64,000 bases of DNA from an uncultured virus (IMG/VR IMGVR_UViG_3300036770_003021) (IMGVR_UViG_3300036770_003021:62001-126000); one strand, 5' to 3'; shown: positions 42,969-53,797, counted from the stretch's first letter. The notes: generated from the letters alone by a model not told the origin. A program made the numbers and translations.

Positions 42969-45341
42969 TTAAGAGTAAGAAGCTCCTATTCGATTAATAA
43001 GAATTTCACTGCCCATCAATACAATTGAATACAAGTCTCTAGACCCATTTGATGGATTTGATGCCGAACCACCTGGCCACTTTAAAGAATTAGGTGTACC
43101 GGTGCTCCACGTAAATGAAGTGCCACCGCTATTGTTATAAAAATACAAATAACACACCTTCTTCTGAGTCAGATTTACATTAAACGTTTGAGATGCTGTA
43201 GCCGTTACATAAATCATATCATAATCATCAAAACTCAAATTAGTAGTTGCAGCTGCAACAGTAGCACTTACAGTTGTATAATCTTTTTGGTAATTACCCT
43301 TGAAAGATCCTGTGATAATAGCCGCATCTGTCTTGGAAATAATTGAGCCATTATCAACTTTAATATTTCCATAAGAATACATTTTACTGCCACTGATAGA
43401 TCCATAAGCACGCATATCACCGCTACTGGATACATAAAATGTATTGGCAAAACTACTTGATCCATATTGTACTAATATAGCGGTTTGTTTGTTTTCTACT
43501 CCAACTGGAGCACCTCCCACGAATTTACCAGCTAATACCGATCCAGCAACGTTTGCGGCTTCATTGCTACCACTAAACATTCTGATTTGCAACTTAGCAC
43601 GTAGATACTTATTTATAGAACCACTTGGCTCTGCAGGAGGTGTTACACCTATACCAACTGAACCATCTCTAGCAGCTGAATCCGTATTAATATATGGCCA
43701 GAAGTAAAAACCATTACGTATTTGTTTCAATGCGGCCATTGTACCAGATGAATCCGAAGTTCTCGATGTAATGGTACTATTTTTAAGATGATATGATCCT
43801 GTGGTAATACTCAATGTCAAACTGCCACTGGAAACGGATTGTATAAACCACTGATCTTGATTTGGATATCCAGTTGATCTGTTTTTATTTTGCAATACAA
43901 AACCAGCTGAACTTAATGTACCAGATCCTCTATTTACTACTACAAAATTTGATTGAGCGTATTTAGCAGACGCAGATACATAAAAATTTATTTGACCAAA
44001 CTCATTTTTATAAAATAGAGGAGATGTTGTTAATCTGTTGCCATCAAAATATGGTACAGCGCTTGAACTATTTAAAGATCCTTTTAACAAATAAGAGGAT
44101 GTTAGTGATGTAGTTGAAGAATCCGCAGTTATAGCATTTAAAGCATTATCTACAGTCCCAAGTACAGTTGAAGCTCTTAATGCGTATGAAGCACTAGTGG
44201 TTCTGGTAGAATAACTACTACTAATAGCTTTACTTGATGTTAATGCATAACTACTTGAAAAAGATGAGTATTTTTGATTGCCATTATAAGAATAACTAGA
44301 TGTACCATTTACTCTTAGGTTTGACCAAACTAAATACGAAGCGGTATCTGCAGTAGTTGACATACACATACTTGATGTTTGTGCGTAACTACTAGATAAA
44401 GATGATAGTTCCCCATTTCCGTTGTAAGAATAACTAGCTGTGCCTACAAATGATGGTGACTCAATATATACACTTGAATATATACTAGCTGCAGTAATAT
44501 TGTTAAATGCACTTGTACCAGTAGTAGCAGTAACGTTGCCTGTTAACTTACCTTTTAAACTACCTGTGAGTGAGATATTACCACTACCAGAAAATACTCC
44601 TGAAAATCCATTTGCAGAATAAATCTTTGAACCAGATATGACATTTGGTACAGTAGTTCCAATTGGACTATTATTAATAGTTACTCCGCCAATAGAACCA
44701 CCATTTATAGTTGCGTTGTCTATTTCACCATTTACAGCATATAAATTGTTATTTACATCTACATTGTTAAATGAACTTTTACCTATACCAACCGTTACAT
44801 TGCCTAGTAAACGTCCTTTTAAACTGCCTGTTATACCAACACTAGCTGTGAGTTGTTCTATATTAAATGGAGTATTTTCAAGAGTTAGACCATTAGGGTA
44901 ATCTAAAACTGTTATTTCACTGTTAATACCATTTCCAGTGAATGTAATATTGCCACCGCCGCCAATAGATTGATTAAACTCTATCGTCTTTGCATATATT
45001 CCCAAAAACGTTGGCGCTGATGGATTGTATCCAATAGTAAGATAATCACTTACTATGGCTCGTTTAAATACATTGGGTATTTTCTGACTTATTACAGAAT
45101 AGTTATCACCTTCAAAACTTCTAAATGAACCCGTGTATGTATTATTTGGTCCTACAAAATTCAAGTTGTTGAATGTTGTTAGAAGATTTGCTGTTTTTTG
45201 TACAAAACTACTAACAGTAGACTTTTTTGTAGAGTTGCTACTTACATTTTGTATGATTAAATAATCATTATTACCGATAGTACCAGCTGTTAGTGTTGGT
45301 AATTCGGGAACAGTTCTACCTTGATTGGATACTATCGCCAT
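42969..45341 (-). CDS. tail fibre protein
   Basis: TASYA/SSSYA repeats; C-terminal LKWPGGS...DLYSI. Confidence 0.7.
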   Translation of the reverse strand: MAIVSNQGRTVPELPTLTAGTIGNNDYLIIQNVSSNSTKKSTVSSFVQKTANLLTTFNNLNFVGPNNTYTGSFRSFEGDNYSVISQKIPNVFKRAIVSDYLTIGYNPSAPTFLGIYAKTIEFNQSIGGGGNITFTGNGINSEITVLDYPNGLTLENTPFNIEQLTASVGITGSLKGRLLGNVTVGIGKSSFNNVDVNNNLYAVNGEIDNATINGGSIGGVTINNSPIGTTVPNVISGSKIYSANGFSGVFSGSGNISLTGSLKGKLTGNVTATTGTSAFNNITAASIYSSVYIESPSFVGTASYSYNGNGELSSLSSSYAQTSSMCMSTTADTASYLVWSNLRVNGTSSYSYNGNQKYSSFSSSYALTSSKAISSSYSTRTTSASYALRASTVLGTVDNALNAITADSSTTSLTSSYLLKGSLNSSSAVPYFDGNRLTTSPLFYKNEFGQINFYVSASAKYAQSNFVVVNRGSGTLSSAGFVLQNKNRSTGYPNQDQWFIQSVSSGSLTLSITTGSYHLKNSTITSRTSDSSGTMAALKQIRNGFYFWPYINTDSAARDGSVGIGVTPPAEPSGSINKYLRAKLQIRMFSGSNEAANVAGSVLAGKFVGGAPVGVENKQTAILVQYGSSSFANTFYVSSSGDMRAYGSISGSKMYSYGNIKVDNGSIISKTDAAIITGSFKGNYQKDYTTVSATVAAATTNLSFDDYDMIYVTATASQTFNVNLTQKKVCYLYFYNNSGGTSFTWSTGTPNSLKWPGGSASNPSNGSRDLYSIVLMGSEILINRIGASYS

Positions 45342-45361
45342 AATATATTAATAATTATTAA

Positions 45362-46072
45362 TCACCCAACATTTTTTAGTTTTTTTAATATAAATTTTAC
45401 TAAACCGCTTCTAACAATATCATCTTCATCGAATTTAAATACATAAATTCCGTTATTTCTACTTTCTTCATCATCGAAGATGTTCATCATTGGCACAAAT
45501 CCACTTTTACCATTGATATCACTTTGATCGGGGTCACCACATATAAACAACTTACTAAATTCTCCAACACGGGTAATTAATGTGGTCAATTCTTTCTTAC
45601 TCATATTCTGAGCTTCATCAGCTACAATACATTTAGCGTTCCAACTCAAACCACGTAAGAAATTTATTGGAAAACCGTGAATACGTTCTTCTTTTTTTAA
45701 CTTATCAATATCGTGTTTTGGCAATAATTCTTCTAATTTATCTATTAGTGGTTGAATGTAAGGACTCATCTTTTCATCCATTTCACCTGGTAAAAATCCC
45801 AATTTACTATCACTACTTTCTACGATACTTCTGACGTATACGATTTCACTTACTCTTTTTTGGTTTATCAAATTTAAACCGGCTAATACAGATGTATATG
45901 TTTTTGAAGTTCCAGCTGGACCTGAAATGAAGACTAGTTTAGTTGTTTTATTTTGTAGTAAATTTAATAATTCAATTTGTTTTGGCGTAAGAGTTCGGTC
46001 ATCAATTTTTATTGTTTCTCTAATTTTTTCGTTTTGATGAACCTTTGGGCTTGTGTCTTTTTTCTTGCTCAT
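45362..46072 (-). CDS. phoH: PhoH family ATPase
   Basis: GPAGTSKT, LGFLPG, FLRG, DEAQN, GDPDQSD, DIVRS. Confidence 0.95.
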   Translation of the reverse strand: MSKKKDTSPKVHQNEKIRETIKIDDRTLTPKQIELLNLLQNKTTKLVFISGPAGTSKTYTSVLAGLNLINQKRVSEIVYVRSIVESSDSKLGFLPGEMDEKMSPYIQPLIDKLEELLPKHDIDKLKKEERIHGFPINFLRGLSWNAKCIVADEAQNMSKKELTTLITRVGEFSKLFICGDPDQSDINGKSGFVPMMNIFDDEESRNNGIYVFKFDEDDIVRSGLVKFILKKLKNVG

Positions 46073-46373
46073 TTTTGTTGGTTAGTTGTTGTTTAATGTT
46101 TAAAACACGACCACAATGTTCATATTTCTCAGACGAAATATAATATTCGTAAATATTATTTAGATTATCTTCAAATGAATTGCGGTCTAATACTACTATG
46201 AAATCAGAATCTTTAAAGTTAAAGACCTCTATCGCATTCAAATTGTTGTCTACCGCATAACATATTGATGAAACAATTTGTTCCATCAATTTAATTTTAT
46301 TAGATTTAATTAAACTCTCCATCTGATCATAATCAGATGGCAAAGTTAATGAAGAGTACTTATCTGTCATCAT
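46020..46373 (-). CDS. hypothetical protein
   Basis: 117 aa; EKYEHC motif. Confidence 0.6.
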   Translation of the reverse strand: MMTDKYSSLTLPSDYDQMESLIKSNKIKLMEQIVSSICYAVDNNLNAIEVFNFKDSDFIVVLDRNSFEDNLNNIYEYYISSEKYEHCGRVLNIKQQLTNKNEQEKRHKPKGSSKRKN

Positions 46374-46395
46374 ATATAAGTATATAACAAAAAAT

Positions 46396-46421
46396 AAAGA
46401 CGTTACCGAAGTAACGTCTTT
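46396..46421. terminator. intrinsic terminator
   Basis: AAAGACGTTAC-CGAA-GTAACGTCTTT. Confidence 0.8.
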
Positions 46422-46444
46422 TCATAACCAATTTATCTAACCTT

Positions 46445-46678
46445 TTACTTTTTCTTCTTCTTTTTAACAGGTTTGTCACTATCGTTTTCGACCGTTTCTG
46501 TTTGTGTCACGGTTGAATTTAATTGTTGTAACCTTCTGTTAGAAGCGTTTTTCCAAGAACGAATTGTTTCTTGAGAAGCATCTGTGTAAGTTTTGCCAAG
46601 TTGCAACAAATCCAACACTTCTTTCTCAGAACCAGCTGCTACAATTCTTTGTTTTAACCCAAATGTAGTACCACTCAT
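46445..46678 (-). CDS. hypothetical protein
   Basis: 77 aa ORF. Confidence 0.6.
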   Translation of the reverse strand: MSGTTFGLKQRIVAAGSEKEVLDLLQLGKTYTDASQETIRSWKNASNRRLQQLNSTVTQTETVENDSDKPVKKKKKK

Positions 46679-46869
46679 TATTTACCTTTCGTTTCTACAA
46701 TTTCAATTTTAGAACCATCCGGCCATCGTTTAATAATTGATGACCAATGTTCATACTCCGTTCTAGCCTCATCCTTGGAAGTATATTCCAAATCGGAAAC
46801 TCTTCTACCGTCTCGTAGAATTACGTACTTAATATTATTATCTGTCAAACTGTCGCTTTTCGCTGTCAT
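46678..46869 (-). CDS. hypothetical protein
   Basis: 63 aa ORF coupled to the next gene. Confidence 0.6.
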   Translation of the reverse strand: MTAKSDSLTDNNIKYVILRDGRRVSDLEYTSKDEARTEYEHWSSIIKRWPDGSKIEIVETKGK

Positions 46870-47021
46870 ACTAATTTATAATTTAATATTTGAATGTGGT
46901 AATATAACTACGGATTCTAAGATTACCAGCCTTAGAACATAACGTAATAATATATACAAAACGTATATACGTCAAGTTTATTTTAATCAGTTTTTATTCA
47001 CGTATACATATTTATATAAAT

Positions 47022-48761
47022 ATGATAGCTTTATTGGAAGAAAATCAACTGTTAAATCCAAATTTATCTAAGCAAGAGATTTACAATTTAAAAAAATTAG
47101 AATTCACATTCAATCGAATGTTGAAGGAATTATCAATTCTTCAAGAATGCATAGAAACTAACAATTTACATTTAGCAGAATTTAAATTGAGTGTTGGTAC
47201 ACGTAAAGTATTAAAAGAAATACGTGAAAACAATCAACAAATTTCTGATATATCATTGTTAGTAGAAGCTTCCACAGATCCAGTATCAACAGCAGATACT
47301 TCAAAAAATATACTATCACTAATCAATAAATTTCACACAGATAATAAACAATACTTAGATAACGTTGATTCTGATGAAAGATTAAAAGACACATCTGTAC
47401 CAAAAAATATTGGTGCCGAACCAAGTATTATTCAAAAGGCAGCATTAAAAACAAAAGAATTGGGTGGTAAAGCAGGTCAGATTGCAATGACTTTATTTCA
47501 ATCAATTGTGGTAAATGCACTCAATCGATTTGTAAATTGGTCATCTGCATTAAAATCAGATATTTTAGACGCTAAAAAACAAGGATCGGCTTGGCAAATG
47601 ATAATGACCAAATTGGGTCCAAGTATGAAGATTGCAAAAAGAGCAGCTGATGGCACCATAACATATGAAAGTGATTCTTCAGGAACATCGATGCTCAATA
47701 AATTACAAGATTTTACAAAGTTGAATCCAAAATGGACTAATACCATAATTGGTCTATTAATTAACATTACAAAAATGTTATCAATATCATTAACAGGTGC
47801 TACTGTAGGCACATCTTTGGTAATCGGTGTGTTAACTGGATTATTAGTAAGAACAATTGTTGGTCACTATCTCAAAAAAGAATCTTGGAAAGATGCATTA
47901 AAAAATGCATTATTAGTTACAGGTTTATCTTTAGTTGGTGGCGCACTTACAAAAGGACTATTTAGCTACTTCAAAGGTGGTGGATTTATTGACGGCGCTA
48001 AGTCTTATTTTACAGGAGTTCCAGGCGCTGACATATCAGATCAAAATATTACCAGTGGAAATATTAAAGTATCTGAGGCTGATATAACAAAATTAATGGT
48101 TGCCACTAGACGAGGTGGTGATGAAAAATTACTTACTATTATTAAAAACACTCCAGCATTGTACAAAGCTTTTAAAGAAGAATCGGAGAGTTATCCTGAT
48201 ATAAAAACATTCATTAGGTTCCAGGACCGATCTGACCTCGCAGACATTATTAATGGTGCGGGCGGAATACCTAAAGAATCATTGACTAAATTAGCAACAG
48301 GTATAGCAGATACTGCTACTCAATCATATACTGACAAACCTCTAAAAGAAATTGGCAAACTTGCTTTACAAGGTGACAATAAAGCTATGGATGCTTACTT
48401 GCAAAAATTTATGGCGACCAAATCTCTGGGTGTGGATCAGTATAGAATCTTGAAAAAAGCTATGGATGCCGGAATAATTGATAGAAATCAGTTTTTTTCA
48501 GGAGTTGGACCACGAACTCTCAATCTGACTGCTGAGTTAAGAGGACATATACCAATATCTATAAATGGCGTAAGTGTTATTGATAAATTGACACCAGACG
48601 AAGCAAAAACTGCATACACTGCAATGAGTATGGCTAAGCAAATGGGGAATCCAGTTGATGAAGATGTTTTAGCTAAGTTGGCAACAAAAGCTGGAAAATC
48701 AGTTACTCCGACAGTACAAGAATCAGCATACAAGTCGATTATTAAAAAACTATATATATAA
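47022..48761 (+). CDS. hypothetical protein with central hydrophobic helices
   Basis: 579 aa ORF preceded by TATTTATA. Confidence 0.7.
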   Translation: MIALLEENQLLNPNLSKQEIYNLKKLEFTFNRMLKELSILQECIETNNLHLAEFKLSVGTRKVLKEIRENNQQISDISLLVEASTDPVSTADTSKNILSLINKFHTDNKQYLDNVDSDERLKDTSVPKNIGAEPSIIQKAALKTKELGGKAGQIAMTLFQSIVVNALNRFVNWSSALKSDILDAKKQGSAWQMIMTKLGPSMKIAKRAADGTITYESDSSGTSMLNKLQDFTKLNPKWTNTIIGLLINITKMLSISLTGATVGTSLVIGVLTGLLVRTIVGHYLKKESWKDALKNALLVTGLSLVGGALTKGLFSYFKGGGFIDGAKSYFTGVPGADISDQNITSGNIKVSEADITKLMVATRRGGDEKLLTIIKNTPALYKAFKEESESYPDIKTFIRFQDRSDLADIINGAGGIPKESLTKLATGIADTATQSYTDKPLKEIGKLALQGDNKAMDAYLQKFMATKSLGVDQYRILKKAMDAGIIDRNQFFSGVGPRTLNLTAELRGHIPISINGVSVIDKLTPDEAKTAYTAMSMAKQMGNPVDEDVLAKLATKAGKSVTPTVQESAYKSIIKKLYI

Positions 48762-48762
48762 T

Positions 48763-50547
48763 ATGAATGATATGAATTATACTAAAGAGTTATATACTCA
48801 ATTTTTAAATGAAGCTGGTTTTTTTGATAAATTAAAAGGATCTGTAGGTTTGGGAGGTAAAAAACAATTGTCTTCTAATGATCTTCAGATATTAGAACAA
48901 AATATAAATTCCCTACTAACCAATATCGCAAATGAAATTGGTTCGACCAAAGAAAATCTTATTAACGACTTAACAAATGGCCCTAGTAAAGATTTAGTTA
49001 CGCCAGAAATAATTCAGTACGCAACACAATTAACAAACTTATTAAATAAAATCAAATCAGTAGCCGGAACCGCAGGCACTACAGGTACCGCAGGCACAAC
49101 AGGTACAACAGGTACAACAGGTACAACAGGTACAACAGGTACAACAGGTACATCAGGCACTACAGGTACAACAGGTACAACAGGCACTACAGGTACAACA
49201 GGTACAACAGGTACATCAGGCACTACGGGTACAACAGGTACAACAGGTACATCAGGCACTACGGGTACAACAGGTACAACAGGTACATCAGGCACTACGG
49301 GTAGATCCGAAAGACCTGGATATCAAACTAAACAAATTGATGATTTAAATTTTGGTGATGATATTGGTGGTGGTACTATACTAAAACAAATAAATGTAAA
49401 TAAAATAAAACAAGATTTTGATAATTTATACAACAATTTGCCTGTAGATGCGAAGAATGTTTTAAATAATATAACAAATGATAGCAAAATATTACCTAAA
49501 AACATACAATTGCCTATTAGACCTCCTGTCATAACAGAAATAGATGAATTATCTTATTGGGATGATACTAATAAAAAACAAGAATTTATAAACAAGTTTG
49601 AAACAATAACTAACTCAATTGTATCGTCTTTAGGTATTAAACCATATGAACATAAAAAACTTTATATTATTTTACATAAAAATGGTATTGGTGATATTTT
49701 TAATAAATTATTTGCAGCATATATTGCATTAAAAGCTAATAAACCTATAAAAGATGCTTTTACATTAACAGGCACAACAGACACTTCAGGCACTACTGGC
49801 ACTACAGGTACAACTGGCACTACTGGCACTACTGGCACTACTGGCACTACTGGCACATCAGGTACAACTGGCACAACTGGCACTACTGGCACAACTGGCA
49901 CAACTGGCACAACTGGCACAACTGGCACATCAGGTACTACTGGTACTACTGGTACTACAGGTACTACAGGTACATCAGGCGTAGATGAAGATATGTTAAC
50001 CACGGACGAAATAAATAAATTCGGAGCTTATTATTCACAATTAATAAGACTTCAATCTGAATTTGAAAAAAATCTTGGTAAAAATTTGCAAACAAATAAA
50101 GATGTAAATAAATACTTTACTACTTTAAAAAACACATTGGGATCTTTAAAACTACTTGATTTTATCTCAATAGAAAACAAACCTATAGCTAAAAAATTAA
50201 AGAAAAAATTTATTAAAAGATTTTTGTGGGAACTAAATAATACACCATCTATATCACAAGTTAAAGATTTAATAGGAAAGATAAATGAACAAGAATCAGT
50301 TGGATCGGGAAATACATCAACCAATATATTGGCACAATCTACATCTATAATCGATGTTATAAAGAAAAGTTTACCAGCTATGGTAATGTTATTAAAAGAA
50401 CTTTCCAAAGTCAAAATGTCTACACAAGAAGACAAAATGTTGATGGGCATTTTAAAGAAGTTTTTAAAAGCAGTTGTTAATAAGAACACACAAGATTTAG
50501 TAATAGATCCAAAAGTGAAAAGATCAATCGATTCATTATCAAAATAA
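48763..50547 (+). CDS. protein with two collagen-like (Gly-Thr-Thr/Ser)n tracts
   Basis: 594 aa ORF with GTT/GTS triplet runs. Confidence 0.75.
   Translation: MNDMNYTKELYTQFLNEAGFFDKLKGSVGLGGKKQLSSNDLQILEQNINSLLTNIANEIGSTKENLINDLTNGPSKDLVTPEIIQYATQLTNLLNKIKSVAGTAGTTGTAGTTGTTGTTGTTGTTGTTGTSGTTGTTGTTGTTGTTGTTGTSGTTGTTGTTGTSGTTGTTGTTGTSGTTGRSERPGYQTKQIDDLNFGDDIGGGTILKQINVNKIKQDFDNLYNNLPVDAKNVLNNITNDSKILPKNIQLPIRPPVITEIDELSYWDDTNKKQEFINKFETITNSIVSSLGIKPYEHKKLYIILHKNGIGDIFNKLFAAYIALKANKPIKDAFTLTGTTDTSGTTGTTGTTGTTGTTGTTGTTGTSGTTGTTGTTGTTGTTGTTGTTGTSGTTGTTGTTGTTGTSGVDEDMLTTDEINKFGAYYSQLIRLQSEFEKNLGKNLQTNKDVNKYFTTLKNTLGSLKLLDFISIENKPIAKKLKKKFIKRFLWELNNTPSISQVKDLIGKINEQESVGSGNTSTNILAQSTSIIDVIKKSLPAMVMLLKELSKVKMSTQEDKMLMGILKKFLKAVVNKNTQDLVIDPKVKRSIDSLSK
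49066..49303 (+). repeat. 9-bp coding tandem repeat (GGTACAACA)n
   Basis: Directly visible. Confidence 0.95.
49771..49980 (+). repeat. 9-bp coding tandem repeat (GGCACWACT)n
   Basis: Directly visible. Confidence 0.95.
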
Positions 50548-50605
50548 TATTATACAAATATAATAACTGTGACACATCATTATTGAATATGTATCTAAAA
50601 ATATT

Positions 50606-50890
50606 ATGAGTGAAGTTACTAAATTTACAGAACAAGAAATGCAAGAAATCGCAATCGTTCAATCCAAATATCAACAAAAAATATTTGAACTTGGTCAATT
50701 GCAATTAGAAGAAATTGAATTGGAACAAACAAAAACAGAATTAACTGAACGTAGATCAGCTATTCTAACAGAGTGGAAAGACATTCAAAAACTAGAAGAA
50801 AACTTACTAAATAGTCTGGCTACAAAATATGGAGATGGTAGTCTTAATTTAAAAGATGGCACATTTAAGCCAGCTCCAAAAGAACAATAA
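50606..50890 (+). CDS. hypothetical coiled-coil protein
   Basis: 94 aa; KYGDGSLNLKDGTF. Confidence 0.7.
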   Translation: MSEVTKFTEQEMQEIAIVQSKYQQKIFELGQLQLEEIELEQTKTELTERRSAILTEWKDIQKLEENLLNSLATKYGDGSLNLKDGTFKPAPKEQ

Positions 50891-50892
50891 TA

Positions 50893-50922
50893 AAAAAGCC
50901 GGTCTTAATTGACCGGCTTTTT
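50893..50922. terminator. bidirectional terminator between convergent genes
   Basis: AAAAAGCCGGTC-TTAATT-GACCGGCTTTTT. Confidence 0.85.
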
Positions 50923-50925
50923 GTT

Positions 50926-51111
50926 TTACTTAGTTGGATCACCTATAGACGCATCTTCGACAATCGCTTTAATTTCATTTTCGATTTCTTTCATGCGTTC
51001 TTTGTAGCCAGCAGCTACATCTTTAAAATCTTTCTTTACATGCAAAAGATTTTCGGTTAGTTCATATACTTTCTTTTCGGCTTCAGCCTTTGTTAATTTA
51101 ATATTACTCAT
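50926..51111 (-). CDS. hypothetical protein
   Basis: 61 aa ORF. Confidence 0.6.
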   Translation of the reverse strand: MSNIKLTKAEAEKKVYELTENLLHVKKDFKDVAAGYKERMKEIENEIKAIVEDASIGDPTK

Positions 51112-51136
51112 AACTTTAATATATATTTAATATACA

Positions 51137-51358
51137 ATGAATGACGTAAATTTTCAAGATATAAAAATTAAAGATCACCATATAACAATCTGGGCTGATA
51201 GATTTATTGTTTTAAGACACCCAGAAAAATGTGATTTATATGAAGACGAAACTTGTAGAGAGAAAATGTTAGATTATCTACAAAAAGAAGGATATATAGA
51301 TCCAGAAAAATGCAACTGTTTAGTATTTGATAGTTACATTGACTTTGAACCGCAATAA
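51137..51358 (+). CDS. hypothetical protein
   Basis: 73 aa ORF. Confidence 0.6.
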   Translation: MNDVNFQDIKIKDHHITIWADRFIVLRHPEKCDLYEDETCREKMLDYLQKEGYIDPEKCNCLVFDSYIDFEPQ

Positions 51359-51385
51359 AAAACCCCAAGCATAACTTGGGGTTTT
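51359..51385. terminator. bidirectional terminator ending the tRNA/tmRNA transcript
   Basis: AAAACCCCAAG-CATAA-CTTGGGGTTTT. Confidence 0.85.
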
Positions 51386-51390
51386 AAAAA

Positions 51391-51777
51391 TGGTGGAGAT
51401 GGCGAGGAGTCGCACCCCGCGTCCATAAAAAATTATTACTGCCAGACTACACGCTTATATATTTTATATTGTTAGGGGTTAATAATGAAAAATATCTAAA
51501 AATATTACCCTTAAGATTTACTAATATCTTGACCATTTACGCAAATCAAATATTTGGTCCAGTCCAATAATTTACACCCAACACAAATATCAGACTTCAT
51601 TGTATTGAATGTGCAACAACTTAGGCTGCAAGGGCTACAACGTCATCGTAAGAGAAGTCATAGCTAACTACGTTATCTTCAGCAGTTAATGTTTCGATAG
51701 GTGTATTAAAGAGGCCAACTATCATCCTCTACGTGCCTAACAATAGATATTTATCTATGTCAAATCTACGCATCCCC
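51391..51777 (-). ncRNA. ssrA: tmRNA; tag (A)AEDNVVSYDFSYDDVVALAA at 51621-51683
   Basis: GGGGATG/CATCTCC-ACCA acceptor with G3-U; T-arm; resume context TTAACT-GCT; ALAA-stop end. Confidence 0.93.
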
Positions 51778-51800
51778 ATAAAATTTTAAAGAACTGAAAT

Positions 51801-51874
51801 TGGAGCGGGTAGCCGGAATCGAACCGGCACATCGACCTTGGCAAGGTTGCAGGCTACCACTACATCATACCCGC
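51801..51874 (-). tRNA. tRNA-Gly(GCC)
   Basis: Manual cloverleaf, loop TT-GCC-AA, CCA. Confidence 0.92.
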
Positions 51875-51923
51875 GCTCTCTATAATATATAGTTGAAATC
51901 AATCAATATACATTAATTTAAAA

Positions 51924-51998
51924 TGGTGGACCGTAAGAGAATCGAACTCTTCCCTAAAGCTTGCAAAGCTCCCGTGCTACCACTATCACCAACAGCCC
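51924..51998 (-). tRNA. tRNA-Ala(TGC)
   Basis: Loop TT-TGC-AA, G3-U70, CCA. Confidence 0.9.
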
Positions 51999-52010
51999 AT
52001 ATCTATAAAG

Positions 52011-52039
52011 ATCTTACACCAATATATAGTGTATGTCAA
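52011..52039 (-). promoter_or_regulatory. sigma70-like internal promoter
   Basis: TTGACA-N17-TAAGAT upstream of Ala/Gly/tmRNA. Confidence 0.55.
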
Positions 52040-52049
52040 ATCAAAAATT

Positions 52050-52267
52050 CAACCCTATCCTATCTGGATCAGATTCGTCCGGGTCAGACATACAGGGGTG
52101 TATCGTGTCCCTCACGCTGTTGGAGTCAATCCCCAACACGCACATTGTTCTATCCCAGACACCTTGGCGGTTTTATGGGCATATTTAACCCACAGATTAT
52201 TAGCCGAACACAGCCGTTGGTTATTGTTTCGGACCTAGCCAAGTTCAAACCTCTACCGTTGTCTGGT
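52050..52267 (-). ncRNA. unidentified structured RNA (~215 nt)
   Basis: GC-enriched; nested helices CCAGACA/TGTCTGG, CTTGGC/GCCAAG, CCGAA/TTCGG, TGTTGG/CCAACA. Confidence 0.55.
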
Positions 52268-52275
52268 ATATAAAA

Positions 52276-52351
52276 TGGTCGGAATGACAGGACTCGCACC
52301 TGCAACCTCCTAGCTCCAAACCAGGCCGTCTACTATTGACATTACATTCCG
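52276..52351 (-). tRNA. tRNA-Pro(TGG)
   Basis: CCTGG-TT-TGG-AG-CTAGG, CCA. Confidence 0.88.
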
Positions 52352-52358
52352 ATTAAAT

Positions 52359-52434
52359 TGGCAGGGGATAAGGGAATCGAACCCCTACAGACGCGGGTCC
52401 AAAGCCCGCCGCGCTACCACTACGCAAATCCCCA
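52359..52434 (-). tRNA. tRNA-Gln(TTG)
   Basis: GCGGG-CT-TTG-GA-CCCGC, CCA. Confidence 0.9.
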
Positions 52435-52447
52435 GTTGAACTTCATA

Positions 52448-53131
52448 TTAATTTATAATAATACCATAAGATTTACACCATTTTCTCACAGCATTATCTG
52501 ACACACCATATTTTTTACCTAAACTCACCATTGTATTTTCTTTTACTTCTTTTTCCAAAATTTCTTTGGTTGGTCTATCTGTTTTTCTTTTTTCATATCT
52601 TGGTTGATGTCTCCAATCAGGATTTATTTCTGATGGTTTAATGCGGTGTTTATTTAGAGAACGACCCGCAAATGTAGATGTTTGACTATGACAATTCGGA
52701 CATAAAAATTCTAAATTTTCAATTCTATTATCATCTGATATTCCGTTTTTATGTTCTAATTGAAGAGTTAATTTTTCATTTTCCCAAATGCCATTATTTT
52801 TACATTTTGCACATTCATATTTTATTATATTAAATTTAATTAAACGTTTTTTTAAATCTGTTCTATTACAACGAGAATTTGTTGTCAATTTTTTTAATAA
52901 ATCTTCTTTTGTAACTTGTCTTGTCCAATTACTTGATTGTGTCCTAGAAAGGAAATGACTGGTATCAATTTGTAATTCAACAATTCTTTTTTTACAAGTT
53001 TTAAAATTTCCACCTTTATTTTCCATACCAAAGTGTTTTAGTAACTCAGACATAGTTTTGCTATTTTTTACTAAAGTTGTAAATTTTTCGTTTGAAACTT
53101 TCCAGATAATACTTGTTCTATTTTTACTCAT
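52448..53131 (-). CDS. HNH homing endonuclease
   Basis: CAKC, LQLEHKNG...DNRIENLEFLCPNCH, C-terminal HTH. Confidence 0.9.
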   Translation of the reverse strand: MSKNRTSIIWKVSNEKFTTLVKNSKTMSELLKHFGMENKGGNFKTCKKRIVELQIDTSHFLSRTQSSNWTRQVTKEDLLKKLTTNSRCNRTDLKKRLIKFNIIKYECAKCKNNGIWENEKLTLQLEHKNGISDDNRIENLEFLCPNCHSQTSTFAGRSLNKHRIKPSEINPDWRHQPRYEKRKTDRPTKEILEKEVKENTMVSLGKKYGVSDNAVRKWCKSYGIIIN

Positions 53132-53191
53132 ACATACATAAATATGTAAGAACAGAATGAAAGTTCAATTTTTAATATTAAATTTATTAAA

Positions 53192-53266
53192 TGGCAGGGG
53201 ATACCGGTTACGCTCCGATTCTCTCAGATTCAAAGTCTGATTTGCTACTATTACAATCAATCCCCG
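53192..53266 (-). tRNA. tRNA-Gln(TTG), second copy
   Basis: TCAGA-CT-TTG-AA-TCTGA, CCA. Confidence 0.85.
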
Positions 53267-53277
53267 GTTACTAAAAA

Positions 53278-53352
53278 TGGTGCAGTAGGAGAGAATTGAA
53301 CTCTCATTTCAAGTTTGGAAGACTCACGTAATAGCCATTATACCACTACTGC
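53278..53352 (-). tRNA. tRNA-Gly(TCC)
   Basis: TGAGT-CT-TCC-AA-ACTTG, CCA. Confidence 0.88.
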
Positions 53353-53437
53353 ATTTTAATAAATTATTAGATGTTCAGTCATCAAATATTTGATGTGTAC
53401 TATGAACCACGGACAGGTAATCTAATTTCTCATAGCG

Positions 53438-53528
53438 CGGAGGCGAAGGGTGCTGCCCCCTCAGTGGCTTTTTAAACCACGGCAATTTAGCAAATTGCTG
53501 TAGAAACCTAACTATCTACGTCACCTCC
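53438..53528 (-). tRNA. tRNA-Ser(GCT)
   Basis: GCAAT-TT-GCT-AA-ATTGC, long variable arm, no encoded CCA. Confidence 0.82.
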
Positions 53529-53612
53529 ATAAAATCTTTGACAATCTCCGATTTCTTCACGGGACGATATTATCAGTCCTCGGCTCCATTGTCAAGTGGA
53601 GTTGTATTAAAA

Positions 53613-53704
53613 TGGCGGTTGATGTCCGTACTGCCCGGACCTTCGTCTTTCAACGAACCTAGTTTTCAAGACTAGTGCAGCCAGCTTATATCTGCCTATC
53701 AACC
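53613..53704 (-). tRNA. tRNA-Ser(TGA)
   Basis: CTAGT-CT-TGA-AA-ACTAG, long variable arm, CCA. Confidence 0.87.
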
Positions 53705-53712
53705 GTATAAAT

Positions 53713-53797
53713 TGGTGGGCATAGAGGGACTTGAACCTCCACGGATTTCTCCCCGAGCTTCTAAGACTCGTGCGTCTGCCAATTTCGCCATATGCCC
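53713..53797 (-). tRNA. tRNA-Leu(TAG)
   Basis: CGAGT-CT-TAG-AA-GCTCG, variable arm, CCA. Confidence 0.92.

Noticed and set aside
49014..50003. Antisense (VVP)n ORFs, and a possible CRISPR array
   Set aside because: These are shadows of the 9-bp Gly-Thr-Thr coding repeat; there are no unique spacers and no cas genes
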